The notes below the pieces were generated by a model. It saw only the letters and a program-made list of their open reading frames with translations. It was not told the DNA's origin and did no database searches. Shown piece by piece: positions 53,396 to 60,917 of a stretch of 64,000 nt of DNA. The first letter of the stretch is position 1; every line of letters begins with the position of its first letter. The position numbers were made by a program, and so were the translations under genes. Source of the stretch: Bacteroidaceae bacterium (GTDB lineage Bacteria > Bacteroidota > Bacteroidia > Bacteroidales > Bacteroidaceae); assembly GCA_045597745.1 (NCBI GenBank), contig JAZLKQ010000528.1, forward strand, positions 2,208 to 66,207, read 5' to 3'.

Positions 53396-53438
53396 AATGG
53401 ACAAGGCACTATTTAATAAACGATAACAACAAATAACG

Positions 53439-54098
53439 ATGAAAACGTACAAGGGTTTTGACAAGAACTTGCAGTGTAGGGGCTTTCAATACGAAGTCGG
53501 CAAGGAGTATGAAATTGAGGGTGAGATATCAGTGTGCAACAGGGGCTTTCATGCCTGCGAGTCACCACTGGAGGTGTTTGACCATTATGACATGTTGACT
53601 TCCAGATTCTGCGAGGTTGAGCAGACAGGCAAGATTGACAAGGGAAATGGCACAACAAAGGTGTGCTCGTCAAAAATAAAAGTCGTTGCAGAGCTTAAGC
53701 TGGCTGACATGATTAGGCTGGGCGTGGAATGGCTCAAAGAGGTGACATCGCACACAACAGGTGCAGAAAATGATAATGGCGGTTACTATGCACAGATAGG
53801 CAGTAGCGGTGACTCTGCAAAGATAGGCAGTAGCGGTGACTATGCAAAGATAGGCAGTAGCGGTGACTCTGCAAAGATAGATTCAACTGGCAGCGATAGT
53901 GTTATCTGCTGCGCAGGTAATAACTCTGTTGTCAAGGCAAAAAAAGGCAGCTGGATAACGCTTTCGGAATGGAAATACGATGATCAGAAAGAGCGGATGG
54001 TCCCGGTATGTGTAAAGACGGAGTATGTGGACGGTGACCGCATAAAGGCAGACACTTGGTATTGTTTGAAAAATGGCGGTTTTGTGGAGGTAAAATGA
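53439..54098 (+). CDS. conserved phage hypothetical protein (YKGF..C.GFqYe..C..GFHAC N-domain + SGDxAKIGS repeat domain)
   Basis: MKTYKGFDKNLQCRGFQYEVGKEYE...CNRGFHACESPLEVFDHYD, followed by IGSSGD[SY]AKIGSSGD repeats. Confidence 0.6.
   Translation: MKTYKGFDKNLQCRGFQYEVGKEYEIEGEISVCNRGFHACESPLEVFDHYDMLTSRFCEVEQTGKIDKGNGTTKVCSSKIKVVAELKLADMIRLGVEWLKEVTSHTTGAENDNGGYYAQIGSSGDSAKIGSSGDYAKIGSSGDSAKIDSTGSDSVICCAGNNSVVKAKKGSWITLSEWKYDDQKERMVPVCVKTEYVDGDRIKADTWYCLKNGGFVEVK
53794..53880. repeat. 27-bp in-frame tandem repeat, 3.2 copies
   Basis: agataggcagtagcggtgactctgcaa at 53794, 53821 (1 mismatch) and 53848, plus a partial copy at 53875-53880. Confidence 0.95.
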
Positions 54099-54427
54099 AG
54101 CACATATACATATCCCTGCCAATGACTGGCAGAAAAGAAGCAGATATTGAGGGTGACATCATGGTCGCAAAGGCAAAGCTCAAGCAGATGTTCCCTGATT
54201 GTGAGATAACAAGCCCTTTGGACATATACAAAGCAAACAAGGAGATTGTTGGGCATCTGCCAGACGGACTCAAATACGCGGTCTTGATGGGCAAAGACGT
54301 TGAGCATATCATCGGTCGGTGCGACACGGTGTATTTCTGTTGTGATCCTGCAAGTTGTAGCAGTAGAGGTGTCCGCGCTGAGTTTGAGATTGCAAAGGTG
54401 TATGACAAGGAAATACAGATTGGGTAA
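54095..54427 (+). CDS. DUF4406-like (nucleoside 2-deoxyribosyltransferase-fold) protein
   Basis: MKHIYISLPMTGRKE...GRCDTVYFCCDPASCSSRGVRAEFEIAKVYDKEI follows the pattern iYiagPmtG...cD.v..l.gW..S.Ga..E...A. ATGA overlap. Confidence 0.55.
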   Translation: MKHIYISLPMTGRKEADIEGDIMVAKAKLKQMFPDCEITSPLDIYKANKEIVGHLPDGLKYAVLMGKDVEHIIGRCDTVYFCCDPASCSSRGVRAEFEIAKVYDKEIQIG

Positions 54428-54429
54428 TC

Positions 54430-54669
54430 ATGAGTAGAAAATTGATGGCATACATGGCATCTGCACTTGCCATGAGCGCGACAACAGGATATGTTCCTAA
54501 CAGCCAAAGAGGGCCGTCTGATACACGCAACAAAGGCTGCAACCCTAAGAGGTGCAAGTCATGCGCGTTATTCCACAAGCACAACTCTTATAGGTGTAAT
54601 TGCGACAAATACCCACTTAGAAGCCCTATGGATATAGCGTGTAATGATTATAAAAAACGTAAGAGATAA
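54430..54669 (+). CDS. Cys-rich hypothetical protein
   Basis: 79 aa: KGCNPKRCKSCALFHKHNSYRCNCDKYPLRSPMDIACNDY. Confidence 0.45.
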   Translation: MSRKLMAYMASALAMSATTGYVPNSQRGPSDTRNKGCNPKRCKSCALFHKHNSYRCNCDKYPLRSPMDIACNDYKKRKR

Positions 54670-54681
54670 ACTATATATGAT

Positions 54682-54846
54682 ATGAGCTTATACAAGAGAT
54701 TCGTACCTTATCACACTTGCACCGAATGTGGTTCTCATCTTGAAGAAGGAGATCCTATGTGGGTTGAAGGCTTTACAATCCTGTGTGAAGACTGCGTGAA
54801 TAAAGAGACAACGCAAACGAAACAATTTAACACAAAACAACTATGA
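54682..54846 (+). CDS. 54-aa zinc-ribbon-like micro-protein
   Basis: MSLYKRFVPYHTCTECGSH...ILCEDCVNKE (CxxC...CxxC). Hand-translated. Confidence 0.35.
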   Translation: MSLYKRFVPYHTCTECGSHLEEGDPMWVEGFTILCEDCVNKETTQTKQFNTKQL

Positions 54847-55199
54847 GTGAAATTTACTGGATTACGAGATTGGACGGCATTATAATCGCCTCTTTTATTG
54901 TCTGCTTAGTATCAGTCGTTATTGCGGTGATATATTCCGTTGTGGCAGTGGATAACTACCGAGAGTATGGCGAAGACGACAATGACTATAAGTCCGCCAA
55001 AAGGATTGCAAAGAAAGCATGGATGGCACTCATCATTTCCCTACTCATTACCGTTTTCTGCCCGTCAAAAAAAGAAATGCTGGCCATCTGTGGCATCGGT
55101 GGTACTATTGACTACATCAAAAGCAATGACAAGGTGGAGGAACTGCCAGAAAAGGTGATTGATGCTTTGGACAAGTATGTCGATACGTTGACAGAATAA
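54843..55199 (+). CDS. membrane protein (2 TM)
   Basis: 118 aa with the hydrophobic segments IIIASFIVCLVSVVIAVIYSVVAV and AWMALIISLLITVFC. Confidence 0.5.
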   Translation: MSEIYWITRLDGIIIASFIVCLVSVVIAVIYSVVAVDNYREYGEDDNDYKSAKRIAKKAWMALIISLLITVFCPSKKEMLAICGIGGTIDYIKSNDKVEELPEKVIDALDKYVDTLTE

Positions 55200-55221
55200 T
55201 AAACCTAACACAACAGAAGAC

Positions 55222-55599
55222 ATGGATAGGAATAAAGCTATTGAGATATCAAACACAATACACGTATTAAGACCTTTTGAGGACATCGTAACGAGACAAA
55301 CACGTTATGCGGTATTACCGCCACCTGACCCTATTAGGGAGTCTTGTATTTGGAAAGAACCTCTTTTCAACACAGAAGCGGAAAACGTAAAGGAGGTAGG
55401 AGAAAAGTTTAGGGCATACCACACGTTTGGGCATCCGAGTTTGTTTAAGCCATCTTTGACTGAAGCGTTGGAAGCCATACCAGAGGAGTTGGTTGGAAAG
55501 TTCAATGCCATTTCTATTGAGTATCAAGGATTCAATTATGATAACTCAAAGCACCGTTCTATGGTGACGGCTTATTCTGTTGATATAAAGACGTATTGA
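55222..55599 (+). CDS. hypothetical protein
   Basis: 125-aa ATG ORF. Confidence 0.5.
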   Translation: MDRNKAIEISNTIHVLRPFEDIVTRQTRYAVLPPPDPIRESCIWKEPLFNTEAENVKEVGEKFRAYHTFGHPSLFKPSLTEALEAIPEELVGKFNAISIEYQGFNYDNSKHRSMVTAYSVDIKTY

Positions 55600-55600
55600 A

Positions 55601-55765
55601 ATGAAGACAAAACTATTAAAGAAGTACGGCAAGGCGATGAGCATCTTTGCTGTCTATTGCGGTGACAAGTCTGCAAGGGCTGTGATACATGAGTATCACT
55701 TCTGGCGCAGATGGCTAAAGCGGAGAGATTATAAGACGTACAAGAAATTAAAACAGGAACAATGA
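55601..55765 (+). CDS. 54-aa basic micro-protein
   Basis: MKTKLLKKYGKAMSIFAVYCGDKSARAVIHEYHFWRRWLKRRDYKTYKKLKQEQ. Hand-translated. Confidence 0.3.
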   Translation: MKTKLLKKYGKAMSIFAVYCGDKSARAVIHEYHFWRRWLKRRDYKTYKKLKQEQ

Positions 55766-55914
55766 GTAGAGAACTTGAAATAGCACAAATGAAACCTTGG
55801 CAGAGTCAAGGATCAGAATGTGAGTTTGACTGCATCGGATGCCCATACTTTTTAGGTGTGAGCATGCAATGCGGCAACGTATATATATATTGTGATTCAC
55901 CAATCGGAAAGTAA
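55762..55914 (+). CDS. 50-aa Cys-rich micro-protein
   Basis: MSRELEIAQMKPWQSQGSECEFDCIGCPYFLGVSMQCGNVYIYCDSPIGK. Hand-translated; ATGA overlap. Confidence 0.3.
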   Translation: MSRELEIAQMKPWQSQGSECEFDCIGCPYFLGVSMQCGNVYIYCDSPIGK

Positions 55915-55956
55915 TATGAGTTTTTTTGCATGAGACTTCCGTAAAGCAATGGAACT

Positions 55957-56274
55957 ATGAGCAAATATTTGAATTTTAACCAGAATTACAACGGCAAGTT
56001 GTGGAATAAGTACTTCACCACAATCAGAAGCAAGGAAACAATACAAGAGAAAGAACTGTATATAGGCGATGTTGTTGATATACAAAAAGACCATCTTTCG
56101 TTGTTTCGTGCAGAGATTATACATATTGAGCATATAGACCTTGACAACCTTACGGAGTCACAAAGAACGTTGTTGATGATTGATGTTGGTTGTCATTGGA
56201 CACAGGCGGCTTATTTCGCGAAGAGCGTTTATAAGTCAAACGAAGTAGCTGTAATAACCTTAGAAAAAAGATAA
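55957..56274 (+). CDS. ASCH-like domain protein (tentative)
   Basis: 105 aa. The call is tentative: the size and beta-rich composition resemble ASCH/PUA-like small domains, with no motif-level proof. Confidence 0.4.
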   Translation: MSKYLNFNQNYNGKLWNKYFTTIRSKETIQEKELYIGDVVDIQKDHLSLFRAEIIHIEHIDLDNLTESQRTLLMIDVGCHWTQAAYFAKSVYKSNEVAVITLEKR

Positions 56275-56276
56275 CT

Positions 56277-56486
56277 ATGACAAGAGAAGAACTGAGAAAT
56301 GGAGCAGTTGTGTGCCACGTTAAGCACAACCGTAACTACAGGATAGTATCCTGCAATATGAGGTACAAAGACAGCGTAAATGGATGGACTGACGCAGTTA
56401 CATACACACCTCTGTATGACAACGATTACGAAATGTTTACGAGGGAGTTGCAGTCATTTTTGGACGAATTTGAATTGAAGAAATGA
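56277..56486 (+). CDS. DUF1653-like small protein (tentative)
   Basis: VVCHVKHNRNYRIVSCNMRYKDSVNGWTDAVTYTPLYDNDYEMFTRELQSF resembles the DUF1653 pattern (Y.H.K....Y.v......vvY..ly...vRp...F). Confidence 0.45.
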   Translation: MTREELRNGAVVCHVKHNRNYRIVSCNMRYKDSVNGWTDAVTYTPLYDNDYEMFTRELQSFLDEFELKK

Positions 56487-56680
56487 GAGCAATATGTAAT
56501 GTGTGCAAGGACAAGGATACTTGCTCATACCTCAAGCGAGGCAAGGAGAGTGACTGCATAGATGTCCAGACCTCAGACTATGGTTATGAAGAAGCCGTAA
56601 ACAAGTCTGCTGAATGGATGAGAAATCACAATGCGGGAGAAGAGGTCATTGAACAATATGTTAAAGACATGGAGGGATAA
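56483..56680 (+). CDS. Cys-containing hypothetical protein
   Basis: 65 aa, ATGA overlap. MRAICNVCKDKDTCSYLKRGKESDC... Confidence 0.45.
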   Translation: MRAICNVCKDKDTCSYLKRGKESDCIDVQTSDYGYEEAVNKSAEWMRNHNAGEEVIEQYVKDMEG

Positions 56681-56683
56681 AAT

Positions 56684-56845
56684 ATGGCAATACACAACAA
56701 AATTGAAAGTCACGGCAAGGAACATCTCAGACTCCGTAGAAAGATGAAGCGGTGGATGAATAAGTACATTCGCAGACAGCCTATTGAAGAAGACGAGGCA
56801 GGTAGAAAGACTAATCGTAAACCAACAAAAGACTGGGAGTATTAA
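56684..56845 (+). CDS. 53-aa basic micro-protein
   Basis: MAIHNKIESHGKEHLRLRRKMKRWMNKYIRRQ... Hand-translated. Confidence 0.3.
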   Translation: MAIHNKIESHGKEHLRLRRKMKRWMNKYIRRQPIEEDEAGRKTNRKPTKDWEY

Positions 56846-56848
56846 CGT

Positions 56849-57010
56849 ATGAACATAGCGGAAATCGCAAAATGTAGTGTTGATTTTGACTACCTCAGTG
56901 ATTGGTATCTCAGCAGCATAAGTGATGAAGAACCACCTGTATGGACGGAGGAGCATCTGAAAGAATTATTCAACGATTTCTATGTTATACCGAAGAATAA
57001 CAATGTTTAA
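56849..57010 (+). CDS. 53-aa acidic micro-protein
   Basis: MNIAEIAKCSVDFDYLSDWYLSSISDEEPPVWTEEHLKELFNDFYVIPKNNNV. Hand-translated. Confidence 0.3.
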   Translation: MNIAEIAKCSVDFDYLSDWYLSSISDEEPPVWTEEHLKELFNDFYVIPKNNNV

Positions 57011-57024
57011 AAAATAAAAGGACT

Positions 57025-57420
57025 ATGATAAAGGAAGACAAAGCAATAGAGTACGTTCAGAATGTCACTAAAGACAGATTAAACATTGATGCAGAACCAT
57101 GCTTCTCAGAATATCAAATGGTAAATGCATGGTTGGCAGGATATAAAAAGGCACAGCAAGAGGTGTTTGACGACATTCTGGAACATAACAAGGACGTGTT
57201 GGAAAGGCTCAAAAACAACGTGCCACCACCAACAGAATCAAAGTACAAGAACCTTGATTGGAAGGATATCAGGCAGATAGTTTTACTTGCTGACAACATG
57301 CTTGACATGGCAGACAAGAAAGAGTTGTTGGCATTCGGGCAGGAGGGCTATTACAGAAATATTCTTGATAGGCTAATAAAGATTGAGGAGTATGACCGCA
57401 ATAAAAGCACAGACAAATAA
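57025..57420 (+). CDS. hypothetical protein
   Basis: 131-aa ATG ORF, last larger gene of the early block. Confidence 0.5.
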   Translation: MIKEDKAIEYVQNVTKDRLNIDAEPCFSEYQMVNAWLAGYKKAQQEVFDDILEHNKDVLERLKNNVPPPTESKYKNLDWKDIRQIVLLADNMLDMADKKELLAFGQEGYYRNILDRLIKIEEYDRNKSTDK

Positions 57421-57466
57421 ACAAAGCAAACGTAGGATGAAATACAATTTGGAAAGATGATGAACG

Positions 57467-57637
57467 ATGAGATTAATATGTGACCCAAAACAAAATGCAC
57501 TATTAAAATGCAGATGCGGTGCTATCATTGAATTAACACGTGAGGAATATAAAGAAAAAGTGGAGCTCGCAAGTTTTAATAATTGGATAGATTGTCCTTG
57601 TTGCTATAGAATGTTAATCCCGTCAATGCGACTATGA
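57467..57637 (+). CDS. 56-aa zinc-ribbon-like micro-protein
   Basis: MRLICDPKQNALLKCRCGAIIELT...WIDCPCCYRMLIPSMRL. Hand-translated. Confidence 0.3.
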   Translation: MRLICDPKQNALLKCRCGAIIELTREEYKEKVELASFNNWIDCPCCYRMLIPSMRL

Positions 57638-57777
57638 ACGAAGAGAGATGTTGCGGCAACTGCAAGCACTTTGAGGACGAGGACATACACGGCAGAGGGT
57701 TCTGCACTCTGACAAAAGGATTGTACGGCTGGAGCTGGTGCAGTGACGTATGTAAAGATTGGGCAGAGAATACATAA
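57634..57777 (+). CDS. 47-aa Cys-rich micro-protein
   Basis: MNEERCCGNCKHFEDEDIHGRGFCTLTKGLYGWSWCSDVCKDWAENT. ATGA overlap. Hand-translated. Confidence 0.3.
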   Translation: MNEERCCGNCKHFEDEDIHGRGFCTLTKGLYGWSWCSDVCKDWAENT

Positions 57778-57810
57778 AAAAGGCAGGGAGATTCATCAAG
57801 AGTCTCCCTG
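57775..57810 (-). terminator. intrinsic terminator between convergent blocks
   Basis: Perfect 8-bp stem CAGGGAGA / TCTCCCTG (57784-57791 and 57803-57810). In the minus sense it is followed by CCTTTTTTATG. It may also stop plus-strand transcription. Confidence 0.65.
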
Positions 57811-58218
57811 TCTTGTAGTACAGCCGCTGCACAGGAACTGTATAGCTTCCGGGTACACCTTCTCTGCAATGAGTCCGCGCAGATACTCTATCTCCTCCCC
57901 TTCTGGATCCAGGTGAATCTTCTGCGCTATATGCTCGGCAAGGTGACCCTTCTCATGGTCCAATGTATTCCAGAACTGGGCAGCATCAGAAGTCCGCCCT
58001 ATCACCATGACAGACGCACGTCTCGCGTTGTTGGTGTAGGTAAGACCATTGTTCAGCTTCCCGGCCATAAGGTTGCGCGTTGCACGTCTCATAAGATGAT
58101 GAGGACAGTCATATCTCTTCAAAGCCATAAGAACGGCATCGGCATCAGACGGAACCACGTCATAGAACGCAATGATCTCCCAATCCCAGCCATACAGATA
58201 AATGTGACGCACCATCAT
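57796..58218 (-). CDS. small HExxH metalloprotease-like protein
   Basis: The ATG at 58218 forms an ATGA overlap (the ORF-track start is a GTG). FWNTLDHEKGHLAEHIAQK recalls the ImmA/IrrE-type motif HExxHxxxH. Confidence 0.5.
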   Translation of the reverse strand: MMVRHIYLYGWDWEIIAFYDVVPSDADAVLMALKRYDCPHHLMRRATRNLMAGKLNNGLTYTNNARRASVMVIGRTSDAAQFWNTLDHEKGHLAEHIAQKIHLDPEGEEIEYLRGLIAEKVYPEAIQFLCSGCTTRQGDS

Positions 58219-58619
58219 AGCATATCCTCCCACATGATAGGCTCACCGCTGCCGATGCAGTCAGCATAGAAGCGTGTGAACGCAATACCGTCATAGCCGT
58301 CTGGGTCATCCAGGTAGTCCCGGACAAACAGGGCAAGACGCGCCTCCTCAACGATTGCAGAGTTCCAGTAGTCAGCCTTCGCCATGGCAAGGACGTACAC
58401 ATGATCGTAGCCCTTGGCATTCTTCAGCTTGATGCCATGACGCGCAAGCAGCTCATCAGCATCCTGCTTTGTACAGGTGACCTTGTTTCCGTTCCTGTCA
58501 CGCATCCTGCCGACGGCCCACTCACACATGGCCTTACTGAAATGCCAGGAATAGGCCGACAGGTATTCCTCCATGCCAGAAGGAAACCTGTCCTTTGAAT
58601 CAAGCCTACACTTACACAT
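58215..58619 (-). CDS. hypothetical protein
   Basis: The first ATG is at 58619 (the ORF-track start at 58622 is a GTG). 134 aa. Confidence 0.5.
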   Translation of the reverse strand: MCKCRLDSKDRFPSGMEEYLSAYSWHFSKAMCEWAVGRMRDRNGNKVTCTKQDADELLARHGIKLKNAKGYDHVYVLAMAKADYWNSAIVEEARLALFVRDYLDDPDGYDGIAFTRFYADCIGSGEPIMWEDML

Positions 58620-58631
58620 CACAACAACAAT

Positions 58632-58895
58632 TTACATGTAACGTCCGTTGCGACCACGGCTCCTGCGCTCGCCCATGTAGCCGCCTCTGCGACCCATGCG
58701 CTCACCCATTCCACCATGACGCATCCCGTAGCGCTCACCCATATCTGGGTCATCGCCCATTTCTTCCATGGCTGCTTCGTAACCCTCTTCGTAGCCACAT
58801 TCATAGGCCTTGCGCTCTTTCTCGCTCATGTCATCCGGCATCTTGTCACCGTATGACTCTCTTATTTCCCAATACTTTGCCATAACATCACACAT
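58632..58895 (-). CDS. hypothetical Gly/Arg/Met-rich protein
   Basis: 87 aa with an acidic N-terminal half and a C-terminal (Y)MGER(R) repeat tail. An alternative ATG lies at 58883. Confidence 0.45.
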   Translation of the reverse strand: MCDVMAKYWEIRESYGDKMPDDMSEKERKAYECGYEEGYEAAMEEMGDDPDMGERYGMRHGGMGERMGRRGGYMGERRSRGRNGRYM

Positions 58896-59241
58896 TGATT
58901 AACTGAAGTCTATTGTTCACTCTGTCGTAGAAGCACAGCAGTATGCCACCTGTGGTAGCAATGTCTGCAACGGTAGCCAGTGTACCATCATACATATACA
59001 GAGGTAACCCACTGCCCACTACTCCCTGCGTACCGAACTCCACATTGTTGTCCTGTGCAAGAGTTGCGGTGTTGACGTTTATCTTTACCCAGAAGCCACC
59101 GAAGAACGGTGCGCGTCTCTGTGGATGGTCGTTGAACAGGAATGTAGTAATGGTTGCAGGTGCTGCGCTCTCACTCACACCGATGGTTTCTATCATCGGA
59201 AAACCGCCACGATTGGCATATCTCAATGGTACTGTAGCCAT
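58888..59241 (-). CDS. hypothetical beta-rich protein
   Basis: The ORF-track start at 59280 is a TTG. The ATG at 59241 (MATVPLRYANRGG...) lies 10 nt after the upstream stop. Confidence 0.5.
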   Translation of the reverse strand: MATVPLRYANRGGFPMIETIGVSESAAPATITTFLFNDHPQRRAPFFGGFWVKINVNTATLAQDNNVEFGTQGVVGSGLPLYMYDGTLATVADIATTGGILLCFYDRVNNRLQLINV

Positions 59242-59251
59242 AACGATAGAT

Positions 59252-60094
59252 TTATGACCACACTCCGTTGTTGACACCAATGCCGTAAGGATTCAGGCCA
59301 AATGCCTGATATGCTACACAGTTAGGTACCGCGGTAAACGGCTGATAAGGCACGTTGTAGGTTTGCGGTTGCTTGCACTGGATATCGTTCAGCATCTGAA
59401 GGATTGGAGCAAGCTCCGCCTGACGTTCTGCACGGCTGTTAGCAGCGGTAAGGGCGGCAGTAAGAGAAGCAATCTCCCTATCCTTGCGAGAGTCCTCAAT
59501 GGCATCAAGTTTACCAAGCACAGCGCGCGTGTTGGCATCATTGTTTGCTGCCAAGTCACCAAACCCACGCTGAATCATATTAGACTGCTGAAGGTTGTTG
59601 ATTTGATTCTCATAACCCATCCTTGTCACGTCCTGCCTTACGTCACAGCAGCATGACTGCAACTGATTAGCAAGAGCCATATTGCCGTTCTGGATAGAGT
59701 TCACAATCTGTGCTGATGACATACCAATCTGGTTGCCTATGTTACAGATAGAAGACTGCACACCATTGATAGCGGCATTTACAGCGTTAAAGTCGCAGTT
59801 GATGGCGGTAGCAAGTTCATGTACCGCACCCTGATTACCCTTGATGGCATCCATCAGGAGAGTAGAGTTCTGGTTGTCACTCAACTGCTCACGGATAGAG
59901 TTGAGGTTGCAGTTGGCATTGCCGCCATTACCAAACATACCACCATTCTGAAAAGCGGCAAGGAATATCAATGCCCAGATAGGGTTATTGAAGTAGTTGC
60001 CACCACCGAAGCCTCCGTTCATAGACAGAAGCAGATTGGGGTCTAAGCCCCCGTTTCCAGATCCCTCTGGAAAAACATACGTTTTGTCACTCAT
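59252..60094 (-). CDS. Asn/Gly/Cys-rich hypothetical protein with one hydrophobic segment
   Basis: 280 aa: GSGNGGLDPN..NGGFGGGNYFNNPIWALIFLAAFQNGGMFGNGGNANCNLNS, then a coiled-coil-like middle with a spaced Cys pattern. Confidence 0.55.
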   Translation of the reverse strand: MSDKTYVFPEGSGNGGLDPNLLLSMNGGFGGGNYFNNPIWALIFLAAFQNGGMFGNGGNANCNLNSIREQLSDNQNSTLLMDAIKGNQGAVHELATAINCDFNAVNAAINGVQSSICNIGNQIGMSSAQIVNSIQNGNMALANQLQSCCCDVRQDVTRMGYENQINNLQQSNMIQRGFGDLAANNDANTRAVLGKLDAIEDSRKDREIASLTAALTAANSRAERQAELAPILQMLNDIQCKQPQTYNVPYQPFTAVPNCVAYQAFGLNPYGIGVNNGVWS

Positions 60095-60149
60095 AACATA
60101 AAAATTTTAGTACACATCACCGGGACTCCGCGCGTCAATCCCGACAGGA

Positions 60150-60157
60150 CAAAGTTA
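60150..60157 (-). promoter_or_regulatory. host-type -7 promoter box
   Basis: Minus-sense TAACTTTG is a perfect TAnnTTTG, just downstream of the terminator at 60166-60195 and 55 nt before the ATG at 60094. Confidence 0.5.
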
Positions 60158-60165
60158 TGAGCAAT

Positions 60166-60195
60166 AAAAAAGGCCACCTAAAAGTTAGGTAGCCT
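60166..60195 (-). terminator. intrinsic terminator
   Basis: Minus sense: AGGCUACCUA-ACUUU-UAGGUGGCCU (10-bp stem with one U.G, which would be a C.A mismatch on the plus strand) followed by TTTTTT. Confidence 0.75.
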
Positions 60196-60231
60196 ATACG
60201 AATCAAGTTCTGCGCAAATAACGCGCTTGTT

Positions 60232-60597
60232 TTATGCTTGCTTGTGTCTCAGACACATCAAATCAAAAGCCTCATGGCAATACTCTGCCATCTGCTGGCT
60301 GGTCTTGATGAACTGCTTGTTGTTGTTACAGCGCTCCGAATAGTCACGGAAGATCTTGCAGACATACTTTGCCTTTGAACGTATCTCCTTCGGCTCCAGC
60401 TCCTGTCCTCTTGCAAGATATACGGCAAGGGCTACGTCATCATTGCTGTACCCAAGCCTACGCATGTACTGCACCACAAGATACCTGGCATCAATGGCGG
60501 CATTAATCTTTGAGTCCTCAAGGATCCAGGACACAGGACACTCACACAACTCTGCTGCTTTGTTCAGCAACAAATCCAATACCTCAGTTCTTTTCAT
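60232..60597 (-). CDS. DnaA-domain-IV-like HTH protein (tentative)
   Basis: VSWILEDSKINAAIDARYLVVQYMRRLGYSNDDVALAVYL fits the DnaA_C-like pattern (..R.....aR.l..Y..r..g.s...ia...). Confidence 0.45.
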   Translation of the reverse strand: MKRTEVLDLLLNKAAELCECPVSWILEDSKINAAIDARYLVVQYMRRLGYSNDDVALAVYLARGQELEPKEIRSKAKYVCKIFRDYSERCNNNKQFIKTSQQMAEYCHEAFDLMCLRHKQA

Positions 60598-60802
60598 GGC
60601 TTCTATATTTTGGTATCAATGTATTCATGATATAATCCCTCTGCTTCGCACGCTTATGCTTGATTGCAGCGTGAACGTCCTCAAACCTCCAGCGCAGAGT
60701 ATTATTGACAGATACAATATACGCACCAGCATTCCTGTCATACCGGGCAGCACAGACCCTGCCAGCTTGCTTGCGCAAACGCTTTAGTAACTTAGTTTTC
60801 AT
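60584..60802 (-). CDS. small basic hypothetical protein
   Basis: The start is moved to the ATG at 60802 (MKTKLLKRLRKQ...) because the longer start at 60862 lies inside the terminator hairpin and upstream of the -7 box. Confidence 0.45.
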   Translation of the reverse strand: MKTKLLKRLRKQAGRVCAARYDRNAGAYIVSVNNTLRWRFEDVHAAIKHKRAKQRDYIMNTLIPKYRSHEKN

Positions 60803-60817
60803 TGTGATGCTTTTCTG

Positions 60818-60825
60818 CAAATATA
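60818..60825 (-). promoter_or_regulatory. host-type -7 promoter box
   Basis: Minus-sense TATATTTG is a perfect TAnnTTTG, 15 nt before the ATG at 60802. Confidence 0.5.
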
Positions 60826-60846
60826 CAACAAACAAGATTTCACAAT

Positions 60847-60873
60847 ATAAAAAGGAGAGCATTTCTGCCCTCC
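60847..60873 (-). terminator. intrinsic terminator after the tail-fibre gene
   Basis: Minus sense: GGAGGGCA-GAAA-UGCUCUCC (8-bp stem with one G.U and a GNRA-type loop) followed by TTTTTAT. Confidence 0.7.
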
Positions 60874-60917
60874 TCCAGGATTAGGACAACCGATTTCAAT
60901 TCGTTGAATCCAACGAA

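Noticed and set aside
55601-55765. Possible paralogy between micro-ORF 55601-55765 and ORF 60584-60802 (both start MKTKLLK and are basic)
   Set aside because: Similarity beyond the first 7-8 residues is weak and could be chance in short Lys-rich peptides. It is not enough to call a gene family.
59880-60060. Asn/Gly-rich, A-rich coding stretch of the 280-aa ORF as a possible DGR template repeat
   Set aside because: It lies at the 5' end of a plausible ORF. It only shows short internal GGN-type similarity, and no adenine-mismatched partner was seen.
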